Source: Ginglymostoma cirratum
Taxonomy: Eukaryota
Assembly (NCBI GenBank): GCA_024137785.1
Contig: JAHRHZ010000016.1
Coordinates: 57,365,650-57,429,649 of the forward strand
Length of the DNA: 64,000 nucleotides
Direction of reading: 5' to 3'
The stretch's first letter is position 1. The number at the start of each line of letters is the position of its first letter. The notes under the pieces were generated by a model that had not been told where the DNA came from, ran no database searches, and worked only from the letters and a program-made list of their open reading frames with translations. The position numbers and the translations under genes were made by a program. Shown one piece after another: positions 1-13,977 of this stretch.

Positions 1-130
1 CTTGACGTTTTGGGCCTAAACCCTTCGCCCGAAACGTCAAGTTTTCCTGCTCCTATGCTGCTGCTTGACCTGCTGTGTTCATCCAGCCCCATGCTTGTTA
101 TCTCGGATTCTCCAGCGTCTGCAGTACCTT
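1..130. mobile_element. Penelope-derived terminal repeat with palindromic junction and hammerhead 3' half
   Basis: cttgacgttttgggc/gcccgaaacgtcaag inverted pair (1-41), followed by the cctgctcc...ctgctgtgttcatccagc...ttatctcggattctccagc arm also seen at 35839, 55627, 56107 and 62025. Confidence 0.7.
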
Positions 131-544
131 TTTATCTCTGAAACATTTCGATAAGCTGGGCTAACAACCTAGCACGGTATTGAGGTGCATCTTTCTGACG
201 ATAGGTTAAGCTGTAACCCACTCTACCTCTCTCTGGTTGACATAAAAGATCCCACAGTGCTATTTTGAAAAAGAGGGGTGAGTTATCTCTGCTCTCACGA
301 CCTTTTGAAAATGCAAAGACGGTATCTTTTTATTTTTCTGTACCTTTGCTTGTGGACTGAACTGAATAAAAGGCTGTTTTATCCGCCGAGCATTTTGGAA
401 GGAAATTGCCGTACTTTTGTCAAAAGCTGGCTATTGACCATCATTAGAAGTGCTGTTTATACCGCTGTTCGTTCCAATGGCCAGAACCCCAGACTAATTG
501 TCTGGGCACATGAGTTCAAATCTCTCAATGGTAGATGGCAAAAT

Positions 545-1690
545 TTTTCATACAGCACGGAAACTGACCCTTCGGCCCAACTCATAAAATCAACCAAGTT
601 TCCGTAACTAAAGTAATCCCATTTTTGCCTGCACTATCCCTCTTAAATCTTCCCTATTCATATAACTGTCCAAAGTGTCTTTTAAATGTTGTGACTGTGC
701 CTGCATCTATCACTTTCTCTCTGGCCATTCATTCCATATACACACCACCCTCTGTGTGAAAATGTAGCCCCTAATGCCCCTTTTAAATCTTGCTCCTCTC
801 TCACTTTAAAAATGTGCCCCCTAGTTTTGAATTCCCCTAGCATAGGGAAAAGACCTTTGCTATTCACCTTATCTATGCCCCTCATGATTTTATAATCCTT
901 CAAAAGGTTACCCCTCAACTCCCTACACTCCAGGGAGAAACATCTAAGCCTATCCCGCCTCTCTTTATAACTTAGAGTCATAGAGCTATACAGCACGGAA
1001 ACAGGCCCTTCAGTCTAACATGGCCATGCTGACCAGATATCCTAAATTAATCTTGTCCCATTTGTCACCTTTTTTTTTTCTGCCCATATCACTCTTAGAC
1101 CCTTTCTATTCATGTATCCAACCAAATGCCGTTTTAAATGTTGTAATTTTACCAGCCTCCATCACTACTTCTGGCAGCTCATCCCATAAATGCAGTACTT
1201 TTCTGTGTGGAAAAAAAAATTACCTCTTGAGTCCCTTTTTAAATTTCTTCCCCCTCACCTTAAATCTAAACCTTCTAGTTTTGGACTCCCCTACCCTGGC
1301 GAAAAGATCTTCGCTATTCACCCTATCTATGCCACTCATAATTTTATGAACCTCTATAAGGTCACCCCTCAGCCTCCAACATTCTAGGAGGGACAGTAGC
1401 CCCAGCCTATTTCAGCCCGTCCCTATAGCTCAAACCCTCCAACCCCGGCAACATCCTTGTTAATCTTTTCTGTACTCTTCAAGTCTAACTCCATGCTTCC
1501 TATAGCAGGGGGATCAGAATTGAATGCAGTTTTCTAAAGGTGGCATAACCAATGGTCCTGTACAGCCACAACTTAAACCCTCCAGTTCTGGTAACATCCT
1601 TGTAAATCCTTTATGCACCGTTTGCAATGTAATAATTTCCTTTCTACAGCAGAGTGACCAGAACTGTCTGCAATATTCCAAAAAGTAACT
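545..1690 (-). mobile_element. Stacked CR1/HER1-type LINE 3' ends (about 3 fragments)
   Basis: Minus-strand translations SLECRELRGNLLKDYKIMRGIDKVN...TRGH.FK are typical of the CR1 ORF2 C-terminus; repeated tail acagcacggaaac...cccttc. Confidence 0.85.
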
Positions 1691-3094
1691 GCAGATGAAC
1701 TGGAGCCAGGCGTTAGTAAAAGGTGATTTGGCCAGCGACAGCTAGCTGATTGGTCTGTAGAGTGGTGACCAGTTGTCCGTGACAAAGGACTACCAGGAAC
1801 AATGTAATTGGCTGTTGGGCAGCTGAACAGCTTGTGGATGTAAACAATAGGCTTTGGATCTCTGGAAAGGGAGAGGCTGTCTTTCTCTCTGTAGTAAAAA
1901 AAGCTCAAAATCTGTGGAAAACCAATTCCCTTTCCCTCACTGCTTGCTGTAAGTTATTTGTTCTGAACAAATAAGTCAGAGACTTGATATGTTGTGAACC
2001 AGGCACTCTGCGCCTCCACATAGAACATACCTGGAAAAGAGAGATCAAGGTGCAGCACATTCTGGCAAGCCAGAAGGATCACCTCAGTGAACCCTGTGGA
2101 CAGGGAACATTGAACTGCTTTCCCGTTCTTTCCCTCCACCCAGATCACCAATGTCTTTATGTTTGTTCGTATAGAGGTTGTTTTATGAAGGAATTAAAGC
2201 ATTGACTAGTAGAGGTACATGTTGAGGATTCACAATTATTTACCTGTCGCTAAAATCCTTAAATAATAGCTCTTGTTAAGAACAGAAAGTTGGTCCATGG
2301 TTTCTTTCAACCCGAGGCTAAAAACAACCACATAAATTGGGGAATATTTCAAAGATAATTTTGGTGACTCCGATGAATAGTAGGGCTTAATCTCCAGAGC
2401 ACTAACCCAGTGGAATGTAACAGCTAGCATTACTAAAATGACAAATGATCAAACTTTTAAGGTGACAGCTCTGTCTCAGTTGGATGTTCTCTTGTTTCTG
2501 AGCCCAAAGGATATGGGTTTGTGCCTCCCTCCAGAAAGGTAAAGTCAAGGCTGATACCCCAGAAGAAACTTGGCAGATAAAACACTGAGATTTTGTTGCA
2601 TTTTGGATTGGACTTTACGCTGAGATTCCATCTGTCCTCTCGGATGCACAGAAATGCTCCTTTGAAACGATTTGAAGTGGACTGTGGCTGCTCTGCTGAA
2701 TAGTTATTCCTTGATTTCATTAATACAGATTTTTATTTAAGATTCATTCACTGGAAGTGGGCATCATTGGCTGGCCAAGCATTTGTTGCCCATCGTTAGC
2801 TGCTGTTGAGAAGGTGTCCGTGAGCTGCCTTCTTGAACTGCTGCAGTCCATTTGGTGTAGGTAGAACAGAAAATGCTCTTAGAGAGGGAATTCCAGGATT
2901 TTGACCCTTCAATTCAGCTGCATTGGGTGCTGCAAGCCAGACAGAACCACACTGACACCTGGTTGCAATAGAAAAGACCTGGATAGAGCAGACAAATGTG
3001 GACTGTAAAATATTCATTGCTCGCGATGCTGAAATCTGGTTTGCCTTATGGGGACGAACTGCAGCCTCTGTTGGTTCTGATCGTAACAAAAAAA

Positions 3095-3420
3095 AAAAAT
3101 TCCGGAGAAACTCATCTGTCTAACAGCATCTGTGGAGAGAGAGACAGAGTTAATGTTTTGGGTCCAGTAACCCTTCTTTGGAACTGGTAGCCAGGAAAAG
3201 GTGGTAAATCTGCTGAAGGCAGGGGTGGTGAAGACAAGGATAGGTGTGTGATGGAGTATTTGATAGGTGATGAAAACAGCAAAGGGATAGCTAATGGTAA
3301 GCCTGGGGAGGGGAAGAAGCTGATAATAGGGAATATTAGTTGGTGAAAATAGGTTGGCTGCAGTGGAAGGGGTCCATGTAATGACAAGGTTTGGGGTAAA
3401 GACGTAGGAACAGAAATTGG
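3095..3420 (-). mobile_element. Penelope-like element terminal fragment
   Basis: ggagaaactc...cagcatctgtggagagagagacagagttaatgttttgggtccagtaacccttc arm followed by a purine-rich body, as at 41950-42180. Confidence 0.6.
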
Positions 3421-3424
3421 GCCT

Positions 3425-6400
3425 TTCAATCACGGCTGATAAGTTTCTCAACCCCATTCTCCCGCTTCCTGCCCATAGCCGTTGATCCCTTTGACAATCA
3501 ACAACCTATCTATCTCTGTCTTAAATGTACTCAATGACCTGGCCTCTATAGCCTTCTGTGGCAGTGAATTCCATTGATTGACCACATTCTCTGGCTGAAG
3601 AAGTTTCTCCTTATCTCCGTTCTAAAAGGTCTTCTCTTTACTCTAAGGCTGTGCCTCTGGCCCTAATCTCTCTGACCAATGGGAATATCTTCCCAACATC
3701 TATTCTGTCCAGGCTATTCAGTATCCTGTAAGTTTCAATTAAATCCCTCCTCATCCTTCTAAACTCCATCATGTATGGACCCAGAGTCCTCAAACGTTCC
3801 TCATATATTCAGCTTCCTGGGACCATTCTCAAACCTCCTCTGAACCTGCTCCAGGGCCAGTACATCTCTCCTGAGATAAGGAGCCCAAAACTGCCCACAA
3901 AACTCCAAATGTGGCCTGACCAGAGCCTTATAGAGCCTCAGAAGTACATCCCTGCTTTTATATTCAAGTTCTTGCAAAATAAATGCCAAAGTTGCATTTG
4001 TCTTCCTGACTACTGACTGAACCTACAAGTTTACCTTGAGAGAATCCTGGACTAGAACTCCCAAGTCTCTTTGCACTTCAGATTTCTGAATTTTCTCCCC
4101 ATATGAAAAATAGTCCATGTTTTTACTCTTCTTACCAAAGTGCATGACCTCACACTTTCCCACGTTGTACTCCATCTGCCACTTCTTTGTCCACTCTCCT
4201 AATCTGTCCAAGTCCTTCTGCAGCCTCCCCACCTCCTCAATACTACCTGTCCCTCCACCTATCATTGTATCATCTGCAAACTTAGACCGAATGCCCTCAG
4301 TTCCTTCATCTAGATCATTAACGTATAAAGTAAGAAGTTGTGGTCCCAATACTGACCCTTGTGGAACACCATTAGTCACCAGATACCATCCTGAGAAGGA
4401 CTCTTTTAACCCCACTCTCTGCTTTCTGCCAGACAGCCAATCTTCTATCCGTGCTAGCACCTTGCTTCTAACACCATGGGCCTTTATCTTACTTAGCAGC
4501 CTCCTGTGTGGCACCTTATCAAAGGCCTTCTTGAAGTCCAGGTAGATAACTTCCATTGGCTCTCCTTGGTCTATCCTGCTCGTTACGTTCTCAAAGAATT
4601 CAACAGATTTGTCAGGCATGACCTCCCCTTGATGAAACTATGCTGACTTTGGACTATTTCACAATGCACTTCCAAGTATTCAGAAATCTCTTACTTCACA
4701 ATGGACTCTCAAATCTTACCCGTGAGTGAGGTTAGGCTAATTGGCCTGTAATTTTCAGTCTTTTGCCTTATTCCCTTTTTAAACAGGGGTGTCATGTTTG
4801 CAATTTTCCAGTCCTCTGAGACCCTCCCTGACTCTAGCTATTTCTGAAGGATCACCACTAATGCCTCCACTATCTCTTCAACTATCTCCTTTAGAACTCT
4901 GGGGTGTAGTTCCACAGGTCTAGGTGATTTATCCACCTTCAGGCCATTCAGCTTTTCTAGCACCTTCTCCTTAGTGATGGCCACCATGCGCAGCTCTGCA
5001 CCCTGACTCTCGAATTTTTGGGATATTAATTGTGTCTTCCACAGTGAAGACTGATGCAAAGTAACTATTCAGTTCCTCAGCCATTTCCTTGTTCCCCACT
5101 ACTATCTCTCCATCATCATTTTCCAGCAGTCCAATGCCCACTTTTGCCCTCTGACGTGGGCAGTGAGATGGCAGATGCAGTTTAATCTGGAAAAATGTGA
5201 GGTAGTGCATTTCAGAAGGTCTAATCCAGATGAAAAAAAAATACAGTAAATGGCAGAATGAGGGATCTGGGTGTACAGGTACACAGGTCACTGAAAGTGG
5301 CAACGCAGGTGGAGAAGGTTGTCAACAAGGCATACGGCATGCTTGACTTCATCAGCCTTGGTATTGAGTTTAAAAATTGGCAGGTAATGTTGCAGCTTTG
5401 TAGAACATTAGTTCGGCTGCATTTGGAATATTGTGTTCAATTCCGGTCGCCACACTGCCAGAAGGATGTGGTGGCTTTGGAGAGGGTACAGAAAAGATTT
5501 ACCAGGATGTTGCCTGCTATAGAGGGCATTGGCTCTGAGGAGAGATTGGAGAAATTGGGTTGTTCTCACTGGAACGACGGAGGTTGAGGGGCGACCTGAA
5601 AGAGGTCTACAAGACTGTGAAGGGCATGGACAGAGTGGACAGTCAGAAGCTTTTTCCCTGGGTGGAAGAGTCAGTTACCAGGGGCCATGGGTTTAAGGTG
5701 CGAGGGGCAAGGTGTTTTACACAGAGTGGTGAGTGCCTGGAACTCATTCTTGGGGGAGGTAGTGGAAGCAGATGTGATAGTGACTTTTAAAGGGTGTCTT
5801 GACAAATACATGAATAGGATGGCAATAGAGGGATATGGTCCCTGGAAGGGTAGATGGTTTTAGTTGTGATGGGCAGCATGTCAGTGCAGACTTGGAGGGC
5901 TGAAGGGCCTGTTCCTGTACTGTAATTTTCTTTGTTCTTTGTTCTTTATTCTGTTGGTCTTTACAAGCTTCCCAAACATCTGGTTTTTAATTGCCTTTTG
6001 CCACGTTATATACTTTCTCTTTTCCTTTTATGCCAACCCTGACTTCCCTAATCAGCCATGGTTGCCCCATTGACCCTGCACTATGCTTCGTTTTCCTAAG
6101 GTTTAATTTTTGCTGTGTGTCCTGAATTACTCCTAGAAATTCCTGCCATTGCTTTTCCACTATCTTTCCTGCTAGGCTCCTCTCTCAGTCAATCCCCAGC
6201 TTCTCCCTCATGCCTCTGTAGTTGCTTTATTCAGCTGTAACACCATTACCTCTGATTCTATTTTCTCCCTCTCAAATTGCAGAGTAAATTCAATCACATT
6301 GTGATCGCTGCCTCCTAAGGGTTCCTTCACTTTAAGCCCCTTTATCAAGTCTGCCTCATTGCACTACACTAATCCTGTATTGCCTGTTCCCTAGTGCTCC

Positions 6401-8010
6401 AAAAAGCCATCTCATAGACGTTCCACAAATTCCTTTTCTTGCAATCCACTACCAACCTGGTTTTTCCCAGTCCACCTGCATATTGAAATCCCCCGTGATC
6501 ATTGTAACTTTGCCTTTCTTACACCAGGCTATGGAAAATGGAGTGTATCTTGTGCCCCAGGTCCTGACTACTGTTTGGACCTGTACATAATTCCAACTAT
6601 GGTTTTTTAACGTCTGTAGTTCCTCAACTCTACCCATACAGATTCTACAACATCTAACCCTACTTCGTCTCTATTGATTTAATTTCATTTCCAATAAGGC
6701 AATCCCACTCCCTCTGCCCACCTGCCAATCTTTTTGATAGGATCCTTGGATATTCAACTCCCAATCTTGATCCCCATGTCTCCGTGATGCCCAACATCTG
6801 CCAATTTTGATCTGCACCACAAGCTCATTTACCATATTCCTTATACTGCATGCATTCGGACAGAACACCTTCAGTCCTGTATTAACCATCCCTCTTCTCA
6901 TGGTCACTCATTTATCCAGTGTGCTTGAAGTTTGATCCTTAACCCTTTCCCAACGCTCTGTCCTATTTGTGTCTGAGCTGGAGACTTTAATAACCTCTCC
7001 TGAGTTCTCCTTTCCTGTCGTTTTTTTTTCATATTTTTCCAAACAGTGGTATCTGACCCTACAGATGTCCGCCTGTTGCTTTGTTCCCCACTAGGGGATG
7101 TTTCACCATTCCCTTCCCACCCCTCCCCATACATTCTAGTTTAAAGATCTGTTGACAAGCCTATTTACCCTTTTCGCTAGAACATTCCATCTGAACCAAG
7201 CTGGGATCAGACTGTACCACTGGGACAGATCCCTCCTGTTCCAATACTGATGCCAGTGCCCCATGAAAAGGAACCCCATTTCCCACACCACTCCTTTAGC
7301 CACATGTTTACTCCCCTTATTCTCATGTCCCTATGCCAATTTGCACGTGGCTCAGGCAGTAATCCGGAGATTGTAACCTTTGAGGACCTGCTCTTTAATT
7401 TAGCTCCTAGCTCCTGATAATCCCTGAACAGGTCCTCCTTCTTAATATTACCTACATTGTTCCGACATGGACAACATCTACTGGATCCTGTCCCTCCCTC
7501 TCCAAATATCCTTTCAAGCCAGTCAGCGATATCCCTTACCCTGGCACTGGGCAGGCAACACACCATGCGGGACTCTTGATCCTGCTTACAAAGGATACTA
7601 TCTGTTCCCCCTAATTATGGAATCCCCTACAACTACCACTTGCCTTTTTGCTCCCCCCTCTTGAATAGCCTCCCATGCCACGGTGTAGTGGTCAGTTGGC
7701 TCATCCTCCCTGCAGCCCCTTTCCTCATCCTCACAGGGAGCAAGTACCTCGTACCTGTTGAACAAGGGCAAGAGCTGAGGCTCCTTTGTTGCTAACTGCA
7801 GGATCCGTGTACCTGCCTCACTTACAGTCACACCCTGCTATCCCTGGCCACTGACCAAATTTGAATTACTTAATCTACCAGGTGGGACTGCCTCCTGAAA
7901 CAAAGCATCCAGGTACTTCTCTGCCTCCAGGACGTGTCGCAGTGTTTGATGCTCAGATTCCAGCTCATCAACTCTGGGCTGAAGTTCCCCGAGCAGCCAA
8001 CACTTTCTCC
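3425..8010 (-). mobile_element. Near full-length decayed CR1-type LINE (ORF1 esterase plus ORF2 EN-RT), interrupted
   Basis: ORF1 fragments VVVGDSIIRG and MVCCLPSARVRDI (SGNH-esterase-type CR1 ORF1). EN fragments ITGDFN and DQDWELNIQG. RT motifs YLDFKKAFDKVPH, GVPQGSVLGP, KFADD and LYKALVRPHLEFC. Frameshifted. Confidence 0.92.
5153..5947 (+). mobile_element. CR1 3' fragment inserted antisense into the larger CR1
   Basis: WQMQFN...RDLGVQVHRSLKV...LVRLHLEYCVQF...RLRGDL, ending in a (ttctttg)n tail. Confidence 0.88.
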
Positions 8011-8149
8011 ACAAACCCCTGTTTGGTAGGGGAACTGCACCAATGCAAATCTTCACCCCAACCACCAATCAGTGTCATTGCCGCCCTCTGCTGAATGCTT
8101 GATTTCACGTGAACTCTGAGGGTGTCTTGCTGAGGAGGAGACGCTGAAG

Positions 8150-8680
8150 CTTTAAAAAATTATTGAACTCTGTTGAGTCCTGAAGGCTGCAGGGTCCCCA
8201 AGTGGAAAATGAGGTGATGTCCTTCCAGCTTGCGCTGAGCCTCACTGAAGCGCTGCATCAAGCCTGAGACAAAGATGTTGGCCAGGGGACAGGGTGGTGT
8301 ATTGAAGTGGCTGCCAACTGGAAGCCCACAGTCATTATTGTGATCATTTTTGCTTTCTCTAAATAAACGGTTGCATTTGGGATTGTCCAATTGCTTTCCT
8401 GTACGTGATGGACCCGTATTGGAAAATGATAGAAGGTGTAAACTGTGTGGTCTCGTGATTAAACAGTGACTCAGATGTGAGAAGGGGCTCTGTGTGTGAG
8501 GAAATCTCAGCTATGTAGGCAATGTTCCATGCGGAGCATAGTGGCCTTCCAAAGATGACGTGGATGTGAGGGATGCCAGTCTTTTGGATATTCATTTGAG
8601 TGGCATGTTATTCTGGGAATGGTGTGTGTGTGTCAGGATGGGGCTAGAACGGGACTTGAGCAATGTTGTAGATTCAGGGT
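8150..8680 (-). mobile_element. Penelope-like element GIY-YIG fragment
   Basis: LPVGSHFNTPPC...RKLEGHHLIFHLGTLQPSGLN, typical of the Penelope endonuclease C-terminus. Confidence 0.75.
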
Positions 8681-9399
8681 AGGCAGTTAATGAGGCAAAT
8701 TTGGCAAGATATGATGGGAGAACTCCTTTGGCCTTGCATTGAAAAACCTCCAAAACTTAGGACATCAGGTTGGCATGGATGAGTTGGACCAAAGAGTCTA
8801 TTTCTGTGCTTTACAACTCCATGACTTTACAACCTTGCTGTAACTTGGACTCAACCTTACAAAAAGTTAAGCTCCCAGCTGACCTTTCCCCCTGTTGGAG
8901 AAGGTAGATCTATGGGGCCGAGTTAAATAACACGGTGTCTCCCATTTTAAAATAGACAGAGGAAATGTTTTCTTTTGGAGTTGAGTCGGAGAGGAGTTAA
9001 AACCACAATCAAATCAGCCATAAGCTTATCAAACGGCTCAAGAAATGACTTTCCAAATCCAGTTCAAATTCATGTTGGGTAGTACATGCTGAACAGATAA
9101 TCACATTGCAATAGATTTACTTTCCATACATCAGAGCAGTGGAAATTTAAATCTATCTATTGAGAAAAGGGCATGGGGTAACTTCCAGTTGCCCTATGCC
9201 AACCTTCCTAACTGAAGTAAATTATCTGCTACTTCCTTTTCATTGTTGATTTTGGGGGCTGCTGTGTACCAATGGAATGCCATGTTTCCTAAATTACAGC
9301 TGTGATAGCACTTTCACAGTAATACACTTGCTGCAATCTACTTTGGAATGTCACACAGTCATGAAAAGGGCAATGAAAATGCAAGCTTTTCTCCTGCTT

Positions 9400-9955
9400 C
9401 ATTATTTCCATGGGATGTAGGCATTTTTAGAAAGACTAGCATTTACTGCCAATCCCTCATTACCCTTGAACTTAATGGCTTTCTTGGCCATTTCGGAGGA
9501 AAGTTAAGAGTCGGTCTTATTGCTGTAGGTCTGGAGTCACGTGTAGGCCAGACCAGGTAAGGATGGCAGTTTCCTTCCCTAAAGGACAGTAGTGAACCAG
9601 ATGGGTTTTCATGACAAGTAATGACAGGAGGTAGATTCATTCTGGTAATTGCACCGGCTTAGTAATCCCCTGGTTATTGTCCTTGGGATGTAGTTTAAAT
9701 TTTATCATGGTATATGGTGAAATTTTAAATGGAAAAGAAATTGGAGTTAAAGCTTGATGAATGATGACTATGTTAATAATTTTGATTGACGTAAACACCC
9801 AACTAATTCATGAGTTACCCTTTAACTAGTCTGGCCTACAGGTGTCTCCAGAGCTACAGCAGTGTGGTTGCTTCGTAACAGTCCATTGGGCGATTAGGGA
9901 TGGGCAATAACTGCTGGCCTAGCCAGTGATGCCCACATCCGTGAGCAAATAAAGA
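9400..9955. mobile_element. Head-to-head pair of tRNA-derived SINE copies (GGGCAATTAGGGATGGGCAATAAATGCTGG-tail family)
   Basis: Minus copy ~9400-9640 and plus copy ~9645-9955 share ggtctggcctacatgtgactccaga and the tail motif. Confidence 0.7.
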
Positions 9956-10999
9956 AACTGACGGTTTTCATGATTGCCATTGCTGTCTTTCTTTTGTTCA
10001 TGTACCTCGGTGCCCAGTCAATAACCAGAGAATGTAGATGTAAAATCCTTGGAAGCTCTAAAGTTAGATGAGGAGATAACTTATTCACTTCGTTATTGGG
10101 ATTTGGAATGCTGTGTTTGAGAATTCGGGTCAAAGCTGACTACACAAATAATTTTAAAAGGGAGTTTACAGATAGTTGAGGATAAGGGGGTGGCAAAGAA
10201 AACAAATGAGGCAGTGGGACTAAATGTGACAGAATACGAATGATGGGCCCAGTGGCCTTCTGTAAGTTTATATTATTTTTGCACACATTCTATTGAATGT
10301 GCACAATGTGCTGGTTCTACATTCAAGAAACATGATGAAAATGATTGTCGTAGAGTTTGCGTCTGTGCTGGTCATTGGCCGTCCAACTATTTTAGTCCCA
10401 CTTTCTAGCAACTGGCCTATAGCCTTGTATGCCATTGTGTTCATCTAAACAGATCTTCTTCAGATTGTGTGCTAATTAGGTTGATCAGCAAACACAGTTT
10501 CCAGCACAACTGCAGGACAAAAGGGAAATCTTTGCAAAACTTGGGCGTTAATGTTACTGTATTAGGGAAAGTAAATGAATGGCTTCTTATGATAATTAGA
10601 CATGATTTGCAGATACAAATTAGCTCAGTTACAGAGAGACTGAAACTACAAAGCATCATTATTTCCCTGTTGACAGGCAGTATTACTGCTTGACAAGGTT
10701 GCACTGCAACTGAATACGTTGTGCCACATTTTACTTTGTAAACAACTACTTCAGAGTCACGTTAGCATTTGTGTTAAAACTAGTTTCATTGCCGCGGCAC
10801 TGTCAGCACAATTTATGAATTAATGATTAGAAATTAAAAGTTGCTCCTTCTGCAAAAACACTGTCAATATAACGGGCATTCCAACCTCTGGGAAAAGGAA
10901 TTTATGGAACTCATGCAGGTTAGGTGCAGAATCAAAGACTGGTCTGGACTATACAGGGTAATGGAATGGGGGATTGACCCTAGTTTAGTGAGAAGATGA

Positions 11000-11325
11000 G
11001 GCTTCAAGCTCACAATCTAGGCTAACGCTCCAGTGTAGTACGGAAAGAGCAATGTGCTGTCAGAAGCAGTGTTTATCATTTCGATATTCAACTGATGGGG
11101 TTGCCGTCTTAAAAAAAATTAAACCATATTTCACTATGCAGAAAATAGCATGGGATTTCTATTAAATTTTAATCCTTCAAATGTCTTCAGAGCAGGTTAT
11201 CTGACCACTATCTCTGCTGTCTGTAGGAGCTATTTGTGTAAATTGATGACTGCATTCCCTACATTGCAAAAGGGTCTCTGCTTCATTGGTCGAAAAGCTT
11301 TTTGGGATGTCTTATGATTCTGTAC
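11000..11325 (+). mobile_element. Deu-domain SINE (SacSINE1/AmnSINE-like), decayed
   Basis: ggttatctgaccactatctctgctgtctgtaggagct...cctacattgcaa...cttcattggt. Same family at 15380-15680, 28625-30520, 39480-39720, 47460-47760 and 62240-62470. Confidence 0.6.
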
Positions 11326-11865
11326 AGTATTGAATAAATTCTGGTCTCCCTGCTATAGGAAGGATATTGTGAAACTTGAAAGGGCTCAGAAAAGATTTAC
11401 AAGGATGTTGCCGAGGTCGGAGGGTTTGAGCTATAGGGAGAGACTGAATGGGCTGGGGCTATTTTCCCTGGAACATTGAAGGCTGAGGGGTGACCTCATA
11501 GAGGTTTATAAAATCATGAAGGGCACAGATAGGGTAAATAGACAAGGTCTTTTCCCTGGGGTGGGGGAGTTGAAACCTAGGGGGCATAAGTTTAAGGTGT
11601 GAGGGGAAAGATTTAAAACAGACCTAAGGGGCAACTTTCTCATGGAGAGGGTGGTGCGTGTATGGAATGAGCTGCCAGAGGAAATGGTGGAGGCTGGTAC
11701 AATTACAACATTTAAAAGGCGTCTGGATGGGTATATAACTAGAAAGGGTTTAGAGGGATATGGGCCGAATGCTGGAAAATGGGACTAGATTTATTTAGGA
11801 TATTTGGTTGGCGTAGGCGAATTGGACCCAAGGGTCTGTTTCCTTGCTGTACATCTCTATGACTA
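11326..11865 (+). mobile_element. CR1 LINE 3' end
   Basis: ttctggtctccctgctataggaagg...ggctgaggggtgacctcatagaggtttataaaatcatg...ctctatgact tail. Confidence 0.88.
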
Positions 11866-12279
11866 AGTGGTTTTTAATGCTGTTATAGAACCATAGAAAG
11901 GTTACCCCCAGAAGATGGCCATTCGGCCTGTTTTTTCTGTTCTGGCTATCCCGAAAAGGAACTCCTTATTGAGTTCCAACCGCATAGCACATTCCACCAC
12001 GCCTCCACATCCTTTAAACTGTAACTCTCTGAAAAGTTTTTTCCCATTACACAACTATCCAATTTGGTTTTGAAGACCTCTTCAGGCAGTGGATTCTGGA
12101 ATCCAGCCACTTCTTCTCCTCGTGTTGCTTTTGCTTCCTTTGGCAATCGCTTCAAATTCATGCGATCAGTTTCCTGATCCCTCCTCCAATGGGAGAAGCT
12201 TCTTTCTATCGACCCTGTCCATACCTATTATGACTTATGATCATTCTGATCAAAACCATTCGTATTCCCTCTCCTTTAG

Positions 12280-13030
12280 AAACATGGAAGACAGAAGCAG
12301 GATTAGGCCATTGACCCCTTGAGCCTGCTCCACCATTCAATACGACCATGGCTGATCACTGAGCTCAGTGCCCTCATCCCCCCCTCACCCCATATCCTTT
12401 GGTCCCTTTAGCCACAAGAGCTATATCTCTCTCCTTCTTGAAAACACAGACTGCTTTGGCCTCGATCACTTCCTGTGACAACTAGCTCATCATTCTCTAG
12501 GAAGTTTCTCCTCATCTCAGTCCTAAACGGTTTACCCCTTTTCCTTAAACTATGACCCTTGGTTCTGGACCCCTCCACCGTCGGGAACATCCTACCTGCA
12601 TCTAATTGGGCTAGTTCCATTTGAATTTTACAGATTTCTATCACAACCCTCCCCCATTCTTCTGAATTCTAATGAATACAATCCTAACCGACTTTATTTC
12701 ACCGCATACATCAGTCCTGCCATCCCAGGAATTGATGTGGTAAACCTTTGCTGCACTCCCTTCATAGCAAGAACATCCTTCCTCAGATAAGGAAGCGAAA
12801 ACTGCGCACAATATTGCATGTGTGTCCTGTATAATTGCAGCAAGACATCCTTGTTCCTCGACTCAAATCCTCTTGCAGTGAAGGCCAACATACAGTTTAT
12901 TTTCTTTTACTGTCAGCTGCACCAGCATGTTTAATTTTAGCAACTGGTGCATGAGGACACCCAGGTTTTGTTAAACATTCCCCTCTCTCAATTTACAGCT
13001 ATTCAAATAATAATCTGCCTTCTTATTTTC
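12280..13030 (-). mobile_element. CR1 LINE 3' fragment
   Basis: LAFTARGFESRNKDVLLQLYR...YLRKDVLAM and SRTKGHSLRKRGKPFRTEMRRNF. Confidence 0.85.
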
Positions 13031-13289
13031 TAAGGAGAACGGAGCCAGTTTCTCCAATCTCTCCAAGTAAAATTGCTTCCTGTTACAGAGAAGATGGCAA
13101 TTAGCTCTGGGAAACAGGAAAAACCTAGAACTCATCGAGAAAAAGACAAGTACTTCCTGCAGTAGGCATTCTTCCATCAAGGTGCCATCCCTCACCTCCC
13201 AACGACTACCAAAGCTTAACCATTACTTAAAAAACATGTCAATCTCTGAGGTATTAATAACTTGCAAATAGTTACAGTGCATAGACAAC

Positions 13290-13935
13290 ACATTATGACC
13301 ACGCTATGGCTTTAAGAGGTCTATTTGGTCCTGGTTTTTGCTTTTTAAAGAAAGGTTTAAAGACAGATGTCCATTGAAAACTCAAAGGAAATAGCTTGTG
13401 GGGCCTTGGGTTATTTTTCAAAAGTTGGAATGACAGAAGCAGCCTGAATAGATGTGGTCAAGCTCTCACAAAACCAGGATTTTTAATTGCTTAATTTTTC
13501 AGTCATAGCAGTTGTTGCTGCATCTGCTATTACAGTACATTTCTCCCTGTTACACTCTTGAGTTTTCTTGATGATTTTCCTCTTGGACAGCTGAAGTTGC
13601 ATGTGAGACAATCTGGTTTCTGAATTTGCTTTTTGTCAGGGCTGGGTTTATGGGATGTTGCTATATTGGAACAGTTACTGTTTAGTAGCTAACCAAACTA
13701 TTATTCTGCTAAGTTCTCCAAAAGAGTTACAGCTAAACCAGTCCTTTTCTTTATTTTTCTCTTGTATTTTAACTAGAGTGAGTGAATGAAGTCTGTTTTG
13801 CTTCAAATCTGGTGGTTTGATAAATCAAATTACATCTGGAATGCAGCATCCTACACTTACCTTTATATTAAGAAAAAGTTAGGGTCGAGGCGACCCTCTT
13901 AATACATTTTGAGGGGTTTGGTCTCGTCCATAACA
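13290..13935. repeat. Possible solo LTR-like repeat
   Basis: Begins ttatgacc, ends gtccataaca (TG...CA-like termini). Composition and ending similar to 56190-57400. Confidence 0.3.
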
Positions 13936-13977
13936 ACATATAAACAACACTCAAGCATATTTAAGAAAAAAAACTGT

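Noticed and set aside
278-607. 109-aa ORF and the many other 60-150-aa ORFs
   Set aside because: No recognisable domains; they overlap SINE/LINE fragments or are of chance length.
4023-4619. 198-aa reverse transcriptase ORF as a functional gene or novel RT system
   Set aside because: It is a frameshift-bounded piece of a decayed CR1 ORF2 and is fully explained by the LINE.
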